Shown here: one piece after another, positions 7,623-16,791 of the stretch
Layout of the letters: each line of letters opens with the position of its first letter
How positions within the stretch are numbered: the first letter of the stretch is position 1
Assembly (NCBI GenBank): GCA_041650995.1
Contig: JBAZJZ010000001.1
Coordinates: forward strand, 491,302-555,301
DNA from: Patescibacteria group bacterium
GTDB lineage: Bacteria; Patescibacteriota; Patescibacteriia; XYB2-FULL-38-15
Direction of reading: 5' to 3'
DNA length: 64,000 nt
The notes under the pieces: generated by a model
Seen by the model: the letters and a program-made list of their open reading frames with translations, nothing else
What the model was told of the DNA's origin: nothing
The model's database searches: none
Translations under genes and position numbers: made by a program

Positions 7623-8297
7623 CTATGTCGTCAACACCTCAACTCCGTATTTAACTAACTGATTAAAATTCTTATTTTTTTGCCACAAAATTTCCAATTT
7701 TTTTCTAAAAGCCTGATGCAGATCATATCCCTTATCTTTTTGGCATAGATATTTTTTAAACTCATAATTTAAAATAACCGTGAGAGATTCCTTTAAATAC
7801 TCAAATTGCCGAGGAGAGAGATTTTTAACCGGCTGCTTATTTTTACAATAAGCAATAAATTGAAAGTGCAACAATTCGTGCAGGAACGTTCCTAAATAAC
7901 ATTTAGCTGACCATACCGCGCAAAGCCACACGTACCCTTTTTCATAGTTATAAGGACAACGCGGAAAAGTGGTTAAAAAACAAGTAAACTTTTTTCTGTA
8001 CAATTGTTTTCCGGTTATTTTTTCCATCAGGCTGCACGCTTCTTGGGCATTATCATCAAATAATTTTTGAGCCTCCGCCAAATTTTTCTCCAAAACTTTT
8101 TTATGTTCTTTATAATATTTTTTCAAATAAGGTATTAAAAATTTAAAAGCTTCTTTTTCGGTTTTGCCATAAATTTTTTTCCACAGACTCTCCCCTACTC
8201 TTTGTTTCCAATCAACGCCGTGGGAAATTTTATTGCAAGCATTCCACCAATTCCAGGCGTCTTTTTTAATGTCTAGCTTGATGTTTATAGTTACCAT
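7623..8297 (-). CDS. Hypothetical protein with an HExxH motif (FLHELLHFQF); possible zinc metallopeptidase
   Basis: The 224-aa ORF is AT-rich like the host genome. The only recognisable feature is the HELLH motif. It lies immediately upstream of, and co-directional with, the rSAM cassette. Confidence 0.4.
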   Translation of the reverse strand: MVTINIKLDIKKDAWNWWNACNKISHGVDWKQRVGESLWKKIYGKTEKEAFKFLIPYLKKYYKEHKKVLEKNLAEAQKLFDDNAQEACSLMEKITGKQLYRKKFTCFLTTFPRCPYNYEKGYVWLCAVWSAKCYLGTFLHELLHFQFIAYCKNKQPVKNLSPRQFEYLKESLTVILNYEFKKYLCQKDKGYDLHQAFRKKLEILWQKNKNFNQLVKYGVEVLTT

Positions 8298-8356
8298 AAG
8301 TATAAATCTTTTTTATTTAACTTCTATATCCGGCCTACTGTTTATGGTTAGACTGT

Positions 8357-9064
8357 TCACCCCCGCACTTCACAAATTTCAAAATTATCTTTTATTTCAT
8401 CACGCAATTTCTTTAAAAATTCTATTGAATACGGTTTTATTTCACGAAATTCCGGACTGAAAATTTTCTCGCCTGATCTAAATTGCTGCAAATAATATTT
8501 TTTTGCTCCCCTGATAAAATTCGCAAGGTCCAAAATATTTTCTTCATTATGCAGCCCCGGAACGACTGTGGTACGAAATTCATATTCTAAACCGCTTTGC
8601 ATAATAATGCCAATACTTTGTTTAATATTCTCTATATCCACTGTGGCGCCAGCAACTTTTTCATATGATTCTTTTTGCAATAAAGTTTTTATATCCATAG
8701 AAATATAATCAATCATTTTTTCCGCTATGAGCGCCTTAAGCATTTCCGGATTTGTTCCATTGGTATCTAATTTTACCAAAAAACCAAGAATTCTAATTTT
8801 TTTTATAAACTCCGGCAAATCTGGATGAAGAGTCGGCTCTCCTCCTGTGATGCAAACCCCGTCAAGCAAACCGTGGCGCGAATTTAAAAAATCAAAAAAA
8901 ACTTTTTCTTCAATAATTTCCGATAATTTAAATTCAGCCGGATCAATTAATTCCGGATTATGGCAAAAATGACAACGAAAATTACAACCGACAGTAAAAA
9001 CCGTGCAAGCAATTTTGCCGGGGTAATCAATCAAAGTTAGTTTTTGTAATCCACCGATAATCAT
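8357..9064 (-). CDS. nrdG: Anaerobic ribonucleoside-triphosphate reductase activating protein (radical SAM)
   Basis: An N-terminal CNFRCHFCHN radical SAM cluster is present. Size and gene neighbourhood (next to nrdD) fit NrdG. Confidence 0.8.
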   Translation of the reverse strand: MIIGGLQKLTLIDYPGKIACTVFTVGCNFRCHFCHNPELIDPAEFKLSEIIEEKVFFDFLNSRHGLLDGVCITGGEPTLHPDLPEFIKKIRILGFLVKLDTNGTNPEMLKALIAEKMIDYISMDIKTLLQKESYEKVAGATVDIENIKQSIGIIMQSGLEYEFRTTVVPGLHNEENILDLANFIRGAKKYYLQQFRSGEKIFSPEFREIKPYSIEFLKKLRDEIKDNFEICEVRG

Positions 9065-9135
9065 AGGGACATTTTATCACAAAACACGGCTCCCATCAAT
9101 GGAAAGCCGTGTTTTAAGATTTCATCATTTTTTAC

Positions 9136-9285
9136 TTAAACTTCTTCCAGCTGTTTATCATAAGTCTTTCTCTCTCCAAATTCCGCCTGCTTGCCATCGT
9201 TCCATTGACTTACCGGTCGAAGATAGCCGACGACGCGGGAATAAATTTCACACGCCTGCCGTTTTGATTGTTTTTCCTCCGTCAT
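9136..9285 (-). CDS. Stand-alone glycyl-radical domain minigene (49 aa: MTEEKQSKRQACEIYSRVVGYLRPVSQWNDGKQAEFGERKTYDKQLEEV)
   Basis: Hand translation shows the glycyl-radical loop consensus of class III RNR (YSRVVGY...RPV..WN.GK). The ORF lies about 30 nt downstream of the nrdD stop, in a different frame and with in-frame stops between. It is not in the ORF track (<60 aa). Confidence 0.6.
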   Translation of the reverse strand: MTEEKQSKRQACEIYSRVVGYLRPVSQWNDGKQAEFGERKTYDKQLEEV

Positions 9286-9317
9286 ATATTTATTGTTATT
9301 TATTATTTTGTGATTAA

Positions 9318-11348
9318 TTAATCTTTATAACCAATTTCTTCGTCACACTTCGGACAAAACGGATGTTCACCGGCAAGGTATCCATGTTTCGGACAGACAC
9401 TAAAAGTCGGGGTCAAAGAAAAATAAGGAAGATGAAATTGGCTCGCGATTTTTTTAACAAGTATTTTTGCCGCGTCACCAGAAGGCAATCTTTCTCCGAT
9501 AAATCCATGAAGCACTGTTCCTCCAGTATACCGCGTTTGCAGGTCGTCTTGCAAGCGCAAGGCTTCAAAATAATCATTAGTAAAGCCAACGGGCAGATGA
9601 GATGAGTTTGTGTAATAAGGAGTGGCGCCTTTTTCCCGATGAGCCTTTTCGTTGGCGACAATAATATCCGGATATTTTATTTTATCTTTTTTCACCAAAC
9701 TGTAGCTCGTGCCTTCTCCGGGAGTTGCTTCAAGATTATAAAGATTATTTGTTTCTAGTTGATAATCCATCAACCTTTCCCTCATAAAATCAAGAACGGA
9801 TTTGGCAAAATCATGGCCTTCCTCCGTAGTGATATTCCTACCCAAGAAATTGAGGCATGCCTCGTTCATACCAATCAAACCGATCGTGTTGAAATGGTTT
9901 CTCCAATATTCATTAAATCTTTCTTTTATTGGCGCGAGATAATGTCGGCAATAAGGATAAAGTCCTTTTCCGGTTAGAGTTTCCACAACTTCTCTTTTTA
10001 TTTCAAGACTCTTTTTGGCCAAATCCATTAAACGCGCCAATCTGTCAAAAAATTCTTTTCTTGTTTTTGAAAGATAACCGATGCGAGGCAAATTGATTGT
10101 TACAACGCCGATTGAACCGGTTAAAGGATTGGCCGCGAAAAGTCCGCCGCCGCGTTTTCTAAGTTCGCGGTTATCAAGGCGCAAGCGGCAACACATTGAT
10201 CGCGCGTCTTCAGCTTTCATATCTGAATTTACAAAATTGGCAAAATAAGGAATGCCGTACTTGGCCGTCATTTCCCAAATTGAATCCAACTCTTTCTTCT
10301 CCCAATTAAAATCTGGCGTGATATTATAGGTCGGAATTGGAAAAGAAAAAACTCTACCCTTCGCGTCACCAGAAATCATCACTTCGGCAAAGGCCTGATT
10401 AAACATATCCATTTCCGCCTGAAATTCTCCGTATTTTTCTTTTTGTGGCACTCCGCCAACAATCACTGCTTCATCCGCCATGTTTTTGGGCGGGGTAAGA
10501 TCCATAGTGACGTTGGTAAACGGCGTCTGAAAACCAACGCGAGTGGGAACATTAACATTAAAAACAAATTCCTGCATGGCTTGTTTCACATCTTTGTAGG
10601 ACAAACCATCATAGCGAATAAAAGGAGCAAGAAGCGTGTCAAAATTGGCAAACGCCTGCGCGCCCGCTACCTCTCCCTGAAGAGTATAAAAGAAATTAAC
10701 AATCTGCCCCAACGCGCTCCTCAAGTGTTTTGCCGGTTTTGATTCTATCTTTCCGGCAACTCCCCCAAAACCGCGCGTCAAAAGATCATGGAGATCCCAA
10801 CCGCAACAATAAGCCGCCAAAATTTGCAAATCATGAATATGAAAATCTCCATCCACGTAAGCATCTCTGATTTCGGGCGGATAAACCTTATTTAGCCAAT
10901 AATGAGAACTTATCGCTGAACTAATATGATTATTCAATCCTTGCAAAGAAAACGCCATGTTGCTGTTTTCTCGAACCAACCAATCCAATTTATCCAAATA
11001 ATTGCCCATTATCTGGTTTCCATCAACCAACGCATTCAGTTCGCGAATTTTTGCGTGCTGATCGCGGTAGAGAATATACGCTTTAGCCACCCTAATCTGT
11101 CTGGCTCTAATCAAAACTTCTTCTACAATATCCTGAATTTCTTCCACGGCCGGTATTGAACGATGATGAAATTTTTTATTTAAAATTTTCATCACCTGGT
11201 CAGAGAGCCGATTCGCTAATTTTTCGTCTTTTTCTCCGATTGCCTCTATTGCCTTTCCAACAGCTACCGTAACTTTTCCTTGGTCAAAATCAACAATGCG
11301 GCCATCTCTTTTTCTTATTTGGGTGACTTTATTTTGACTATAAATCAT
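9318..11348 (-). CDS. nrdD: Anaerobic ribonucleoside-triphosphate reductase (class III) catalytic body. It ends after the Zn-ribbon half-site and lacks the glycyl-radical loop.
   Basis: An N-terminal ATP-cone is present. The product has NrdD-like length and a C-terminal ...CPKHGY...CPKCD Zn-binding segment. The RVxGY Gly-radical motif is missing from this ORF. Confidence 0.8.
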   Translation of the reverse strand: MIYSQNKVTQIRKRDGRIVDFDQGKVTVAVGKAIEAIGEKDEKLANRLSDQVMKILNKKFHHRSIPAVEEIQDIVEEVLIRARQIRVAKAYILYRDQHAKIRELNALVDGNQIMGNYLDKLDWLVRENSNMAFSLQGLNNHISSAISSHYWLNKVYPPEIRDAYVDGDFHIHDLQILAAYCCGWDLHDLLTRGFGGVAGKIESKPAKHLRSALGQIVNFFYTLQGEVAGAQAFANFDTLLAPFIRYDGLSYKDVKQAMQEFVFNVNVPTRVGFQTPFTNVTMDLTPPKNMADEAVIVGGVPQKEKYGEFQAEMDMFNQAFAEVMISGDAKGRVFSFPIPTYNITPDFNWEKKELDSIWEMTAKYGIPYFANFVNSDMKAEDARSMCCRLRLDNRELRKRGGGLFAANPLTGSIGVVTINLPRIGYLSKTRKEFFDRLARLMDLAKKSLEIKREVVETLTGKGLYPYCRHYLAPIKERFNEYWRNHFNTIGLIGMNEACLNFLGRNITTEEGHDFAKSVLDFMRERLMDYQLETNNLYNLEATPGEGTSYSLVKKDKIKYPDIIVANEKAHREKGATPYYTNSSHLPVGFTNDYFEALRLQDDLQTRYTGGTVLHGFIGERLPSGDAAKILVKKIASQFHLPYFSLTPTFSVCPKHGYLAGEHPFCPKCDEEIGYKD

Positions 11349-11493
11349 AAATTAGGCGAATAAAATAACAAGATAACCTTAAAGAACATTGATTCGAGAA
11401 TCTGGCAATAAATTTTCAAAACCTGTCTAAATCCTCCTTCTCAAATCTGCTCTTGCTATCTTGCTATCGTATTATCTCTTATACTAAATTTAT

Positions 11494-12714
11494 TTACATT
11501 ATTTTTTTTCGAAGAAACGCGGGAATATCCAAATCTTCCGTTTCTCCCCCTTCAGCCGCGCCGACTTTCTTTGCGGAAAAATTTTTACCACCTGATTCTT
11601 TCTCGTCATTTCCGTCAATATCTCCGAACTCGGTAATTTTTTTCACCGGTCTTTTTTGAAATTGGCCGACAGATGATTTTTCGGCTTCTTTTGCCTTTCC
11701 AATAGTTGGAACGGAAAACGACCGTGGCGTCGGAGCTTCCGCGTCATAAGAAGATTTTCTTCTTTCCGTAAATCCTGTCGCAATAACAGTTATCCTTACG
11801 CTATCTTTCATGTTTTCATTTATCACCGCGCCGAAAATAACTTTAGCGTCAGGATCAGCTGAACCGGTAATAATTTTCGCCGCCTCGGCCACCTCATGCA
11901 TGCCCAAATTCGGACCGCCTGTAACTGTAAAAAGTATTCCTCGCGCTCCATCAATGGACATTTCCAAAAGCGGGGAAGAAATCGCAGCTTTAGCTGCTTC
12001 GTCGGCTCTACTTTCACCACCCGCCTCGCCGATTCCCATCATTGCCGTTCCCGCGTCTTTCATAATTGCCCGCACATCGGCAAAATCAACGTTAATCAAA
12101 CCGGGAATTGTAATTAATTCGGAAATTCCCTGAACGCCGTTTTTTAAAACCTCGTCGCAAGTCATAAAAGCGTCCAGAAGGGAAGTTTTTTTATCAATAA
12201 TTTGTAAAAGACGGTCATTCGGAATAGTAATCAATGTATCAACCTTATCTTCAAGTTCTTCGAGCGCCCGTTCAGCAATAGTCCGCCGTTGAGCCCCCTC
12301 AAAAGAAAAAGGTTTGGTCACAACTCCCACGGTTAAAGCTCCCTGGTCGCGCGCAAGCTGGGCAACAATCGGCGCCGCGCCCGATCCTGTGCCTCCGCCT
12401 AAACCGCAAGTCACAAAGACCATGTCCGCGCCTTTTAGGGCGTCTCTAATTTCATTTTGACTTTCTTCGGCAGAACGCCGACCAACTTCCGGATCCATAC
12501 CCGCTCCCAAACCGCGCGTGATAGTTTTTCCGATATGCAATCTTACGGGCGCTTCCGAATAATGAAGAGCCTGAACATCGGTATTGGCGGCAATAAATTC
12601 AACACCTCTTATTTTTGCTTTGACCATACGATTTACCGCCGATCCGCCCGATCCTCCGACGCCAACAACCTTGATCTTGGCAAAGGTTTCAATTTCTGGT
12701 TTTATTTCTGGCAT
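11494..12714 (-). CDS. ftsZ: Cell division GTPase FtsZ
   Basis: The tubulin signature [10 protein letters not shown] is present, and the gene sits next to ftsA. Confidence 0.95.
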   Translation of the reverse strand: MPEIKPEIETFAKIKVVGVGGSGGSAVNRMVKAKIRGVEFIAANTDVQALHYSEAPVRLHIGKTITRGLGAGMDPEVGRRSAEESQNEIRDALKGADMVFVTCGLGGGTGSGAAPIVAQLARDQGALTVGVVTKPFSFEGAQRRTIAERALEELEDKVDTLITIPNDRLLQIIDKKTSLLDAFMTCDEVLKNGVQGISELITIPGLINVDFADVRAIMKDAGTAMMGIGEAGGESRADEAAKAAISSPLLEMSIDGARGILFTVTGGPNLGMHEVAEAAKIITGSADPDAKVIFGAVINENMKDSVRITVIATGFTERRKSSYDAEAPTPRSFSVPTIGKAKEAEKSSVGQFQKRPVKKITEFGDIDGNDEKESGGKNFSAKKVGAAEGGETEDLDIPAFLRKKIM

Positions 12715-12721
12715 AAAATTG

Positions 12722-12797
12722 GATTATAGATTATAGATTATAGATTTTGGCTATTTTATCTTTTATTTAAAATCTACAATCTATAATCTGAAATCTA
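12722..12797. repeat. Imperfect inverted repeat of about 20 bp (GATTATAGATTATAGATTTT / AAAATCTACAATCTATAATC) built from TTATAGA heptad direct repeats, between ftsA and ftsZ
   Basis: Three tandem GATTATA copies run from 12722 to 12742. An inverted copy at 12769-12797 has one mismatch, with an AT-rich 20-nt spacer between the arms. Confidence 0.6.
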
Positions 12798-14023
12798 TTA
12801 TGGCATCAAAGATTTAAACCACTTTTTGACTTGGCTTGTAACTTTATCAATACTTTTGAAACGAGAAGTAAATCCGCCGCTTCTTTCATCATATACTGCA
12901 TTGCCCCAAAGAACCAGTCCCAGGGCCGGTACAAACGACACATCATTAACCTTATCAACCACGCTTGTGATATTTTGAGGATAGCCCAAAGAAACCGGCA
13001 GACGCAATTTTCTCTTAGCGACATCTAAAATTCCCGGGAGCTTGGCGGTTGAACCGACAAGGATCACGCCTGAAGGCAAAAGGCCGCTGCGTCCAATTTT
13101 TTTCAATTCGTCATCAATTTTTTCAAAAATTTCCTCAACCCTGGCCTCAATAATTTCCGCAACGTATTTTTTAGAAATTAAAGTATTTTCCCCTGGCTCA
13201 TAATCACCAAGATTAAGCTCATCTTTTTTACTAATATCTTTTGGCAGAGCTGTGCCGTGTTCCAATTTTATTTTTTCCGCGGCATCAAGCGACGTGCGAA
13301 GGCCAATGGCGACATCCGACGTGATATGATCGCCGCCGAGTGGCAAAAAAGCCGTATGCATAACATCCCCGCCTTCAAAAACTGCGAGCTCTGTAGATGT
13401 CCGCCCGATATTGGCCACGGCTACACCCAATTCTTTCTGGCGAGGACTCGTAACCGCTTCTGATGCGGCGAGAATTGAAAAAACAACATCCTCAATATCC
13501 ACGCCCGTGCGATAAATGCATTTGGTTAAATTTTTTATATGTGAACTTAAACCTTGAATAATTTGAGTTTCTACTTCAAGCCTTACTCCGCTCATGCCGA
13601 TCGGATCGCGAATATTAACTTGACTATCGATAGAAAAAGTCCTGGGTATAACATGTAAAATTTCAAAATTGGGAGGAGTGGCAACGGCACGCGAAGCTTC
13701 GATTGATCTTTCCACGTCACCATCATCAATTTCACCGTTAGGCTTTGCCACGGCAATAACTCCTTTGCTTTTTTGGAAAATAATGTGATCACCGGAAATA
13801 CCAACCCAAACCCCGTCGACAGGAACGCCCGTGACTCGCTCAGCTGCTTCAAAAGCCGCCGCAATGCTTGAGGTGGCGTTTTCAACGCTCATGACCGTCC
13901 CGCGAGACATCCCCTCTGACGGCACCTCTATCGCAGCTAAAATTTTTGGCGCTCCGGCCAGATCCCGCTGCCCCACGACTACTCGCGCTGCAGTTGAGCC
14001 AAGGTCTAAACCGGTGATTATTT
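12798..14023 (-). CDS. ftsA: Cell division protein FtsA
   Basis: The actin-like ATPase opens with GLDLGSTAARVVVG. The track ORF begins at a TTG (14096); the first ATG (MRSEIITGLDLG...) is at 14023. Confidence 0.85.
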
Positions 14024-14177
14024 CACTTCTCATATATTGACGCTTATCTGTTCTTCGCAAGTCTTTTATTATAAATAATCCTGGAAAATTTTGCAACTTT
14101 GTTAAATTGCCACATTATTACTCTGCCAAATGGTTAATGACGTAATCAGCTTTTCACCCGAGACAACAACTTTAGGC

Positions 14178-14543
14178 TTAAAATAATTTAATCAGATACG
14201 GACCCAAAATCAGAACGCCAACTATAATCGCTCCGAGTGAGGAAAGCAAAACTACCGCGGCCATAATATCCTTGACCGTTTCAACATAAGGATGCATTCT
14301 CGGCTTCAAAACATCCACCACTCTTTCAAAAACGCTGTTGATTAACTCTAGCACCAAAACCATCATAATGACAAGCAAAAGAGCTACCGCCTCCCAAACT
14401 TTAACATTAAAAAATAAGGCTAAAATTAAAACCAGAAACCCCAGTAACACTTGAACGCGAAAACTTTGTTCTTCCTTGAAAACCCTGACCAATCCCCTGC
14501 CTGCGTAACGAAAACTTTTTATCAAACGGCTTAAACTAAACAT
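14178..14543 (-). CDS. dgkA: Diacylglycerol kinase / undecaprenol kinase family (DgkA)
   Basis: It is a 121-aa protein with three TM segments and the conserved DgkA-like N-terminal amphipathic segment (RLIKSFRYAGRGL). Confidence 0.7.
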   Translation of the reverse strand: MFSLSRLIKSFRYAGRGLVRVFKEEQSFRVQVLLGFLVLILALFFNVKVWEAVALLLVIMMVLVLELINSVFERVVDVLKPRMHPYVETVKDIMAAVVLLSSLGAIIVGVLILGPYLIKLF

Positions 14544-14585
14544 TGCCGCATTGTTATATTGTTACATTATTAAATTGCCAACAAT

Positions 14586-15011
14586 TTAACCATCTAACAA
14601 TTTAACCATTTTATTTTGTAAATTTTCCATCCTCCTGGATTCTCTTAAACTCTTTTCGTGATCATACCCCGCCAAATGCAGAACGCCGTGGATTAATAAC
14701 ATTTTTATTTCTTCCAACGCGGTGTGCTTTTGCTCCTTCGCCTGCCTCACTGCCTGCGGATAAGAAATTATTATTTCGCCCTCTACTCCCCCGCCAACTT
14801 TTGATTCGTAGATAAAACTCAAAACATCTGTTGTCTTATTTTTCCCACGATAAAAATTATTTAGCTTTTTTATTTCCGCATCGCCGACAAAGGCAAGTGA
14901 AATTTCCGCATTTTTAACTTTTACACTCTTAAAAACTAATTCTACAATTTTGCTGATCCATTTTTTATCTAACTTTCTACCGACACGCTGATTTATTTCA
15001 ATTTTAATCAT
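14586..15011 (-). CDS. ybeY: rRNA maturation endoribonuclease YbeY
   Basis: The zinc-binding motif HGVLHLAGYDH is present. Confidence 0.9.
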   Translation of the reverse strand: MIKIEINQRVGRKLDKKWISKIVELVFKSVKVKNAEISLAFVGDAEIKKLNNFYRGKNKTTDVLSFIYESKVGGGVEGEIIISYPQAVRQAKEQKHTALEEIKMLLIHGVLHLAGYDHEKSLRESRRMENLQNKMVKLLDG

Positions 15012-15030
15012 TTTTACATCCTTAAAAACT

Positions 15031-16014
15031 TTACAAACTCAACTTAAAACTTTTTATCATCATTTCAAAAGTACTTTTATAATTTATCTCTGTTTTACTT
15101 CCGACGCTATAACTAATTGCATAAATTTTATCTCCCGAGGCAAAGTAAGTCGTAAGTCCATCAGGGCTCTTTTTTCCCAAAAGACCGCTTTTTGTTGTAA
15201 TATCGGCAAGCTCAGAAGGATTTGTTTCCGGCGACTCAAACAAATACCAATCTAAAAGCGGCAGGCGGTTAAGATTCTCATCAACTATAACCTGAAAAAT
15301 CTCTCCCGTTGTTGAAGTAAGAAGTATTTCTCTTTCTGTTTCATCAAGGGCTCTTGCGATCCAAAGTGAAGGGTAAAAAATAGAATATTTATAAATTTGG
15401 TTGTCATAAATTTTTACTAGATTTGTTTCTTCAATTTTCTGTGGAGCAAGTCCTGTCGGATTGTATAAATTTATAATTTCCAGGGTGTCGGGATAACCAT
15501 CTCCATCTGTATCTGCTTTAGTCGGATCAGTGCTAAACAAAGTTTCCTCCACGTCTGTCATGCCATCTTGGTCTGTGTCTGTTGCCGAAGGTAGCGGAGT
15601 TGCTGGTTCAGGCAGTGGTGCGGGACAATCAGCAAGGCACGTAATGGAATTTTCTCCTGATTCACATATTCCATTACCACAAACCGGCGCAGGCGGTACA
15701 TTTACAGGCACGTTAACGGGAACATTAACAGGCGGTACATTTACAGGCACGTTCGTCACGACGTTGGTATTAGCCGGCAATGTAGTGGTTTTTGGTTCGT
15801 TGGTCAAACTTTGAGTGAAAAGATACGCCGCCACAGCCATCAAGCCAATAACAACAATCCCCACCACAATAATCAGGGTTGTTTTCGACCCGCCACCCTT
15901 CCCCTCTTTCGGCACTTTTACTTTTTTAAAATAAAACTGCTCTGGCATAGCCTTAATTTCCACGGGCGGCTCTTCGGCGATATTTATGGGTTTCGTTGAC
16001 TCTCCGTTTGACAT
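15031..16014 (-). CDS. Membrane-anchored surface protein with (NVPV)n repeats, a CGNGICE Cys motif and thrombospondin type-3-like Ca-binding D-x-D-x-DG repeats
   Basis: There is an N-terminal TM segment. The tandem NVPVNVPPVNVPVNVPVNVPP tract and DTDQDGMTDVEE...DTDGDGYPD motifs are present. Confidence 0.6.
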   Translation of the reverse strand: MSNGESTKPINIAEEPPVEIKAMPEQFYFKKVKVPKEGKGGGSKTTLIIVVGIVVIGLMAVAAYLFTQSLTNEPKTTTLPANTNVVTNVPVNVPPVNVPVNVPVNVPPAPVCGNGICESGENSITCLADCPAPLPEPATPLPSATDTDQDGMTDVEETLFSTDPTKADTDGDGYPDTLEIINLYNPTGLAPQKIEETNLVKIYDNQIYKYSIFYPSLWIARALDETEREILLTSTTGEIFQVIVDENLNRLPLLDWYLFESPETNPSELADITTKSGLLGKKSPDGLTTYFASGDKIYAISYSVGSKTEINYKSTFEMMIKSFKLSL

Positions 16015-16124
16015 AACAAATAAATTAAAAGTGTAAAGTTAAAAGTGAAAAATTACAGTTAAAAATTAAAAGTTACAAAATTAAAATCAAAACTTTACAC
16101 TTTTAATTTATAACTTTTAACTTT

Positions 16125-16769
16125 CTAGGGCTGTTCCAGTAATCTCCCCGGCCCTTTTGGATCATAGCCGTTTTCTACCTCACTACCATCTAAAAAGGTA
16201 TCTCCGTCCGTATCGGAATTTAAGGGATCAGTGAAATAAAAATTCACTTCCATACCATCATTTAATCCATCTTCGTCTGTATCAACCTTTGTCGGGTCAG
16301 TTCCAAGAGCTGCCTCTTCCGCGTCGGTTAAACCGTCATCATCTGAATCAATGCTTTCCGGCGGAGGAACGACAGGCGCGGTTTCAAGAACTGCGGGCGG
16401 TATTTCCACGGGAGTTTCGTTAACGATTGGTTCTATTTCGGCCGGGATATTTTCTGGAGGCAAGTTGGCATTAAAGTCAGCAACTACGGGAGTTTCAGTC
16501 TCTTCTGGCGCGGCAGAAAACTGCCGCCAGACAAGGTAACCTCCGCCGCCAAGAATTAAAACTAAAATTCCCGCGGCCAAAATTAAAAGTATTTTCTTCT
16601 TACCCGAACCCCCGCTCTCTTCTCCAACATCTTCTGGGGTTGCGCCAACCGGAGCGGCGCCTCCGGGCATGCCGGGCACGGTCGGCGAAAGAGCGCCAGA
16701 CGGTCTTAAGGTTTCGGGTTTTGTCGGCTCAACGCCGGCAAACATATCTTCTGGTTCTTTGTCAAACAT
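16125..16769 (-). CDS. Membrane-anchored surface protein with thrombospondin type-3-like Ca-binding repeats
   Basis: There is an N-terminal TM anchor. A Pro-rich linker is followed by DSDDDGLTDAEE...DTDEDGLNDGME...DTDGDTFLDGSE repeats. Confidence 0.6.
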   Translation of the reverse strand: MFDKEPEDMFAGVEPTKPETLRPSGALSPTVPGMPGGAAPVGATPEDVGEESGGSGKKKILLILAAGILVLILGGGGYLVWRQFSAAPEETETPVVADFNANLPPENIPAEIEPIVNETPVEIPPAVLETAPVVPPPESIDSDDDGLTDAEEAALGTDPTKVDTDEDGLNDGMEVNFYFTDPLNSDTDGDTFLDGSEVENGYDPKGPGRLLEQP

Positions 16770-16791
16770 AATTTTTAATATTAATTTTAAT

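Noticed and set aside
12722-12797. Possible CRISPR array suggested by the tandem GATTATA repeats
   Set aside because: The repeats are 7-nt units without spacers, arranged as an inverted repeat. No cas genes occur anywhere in the window.
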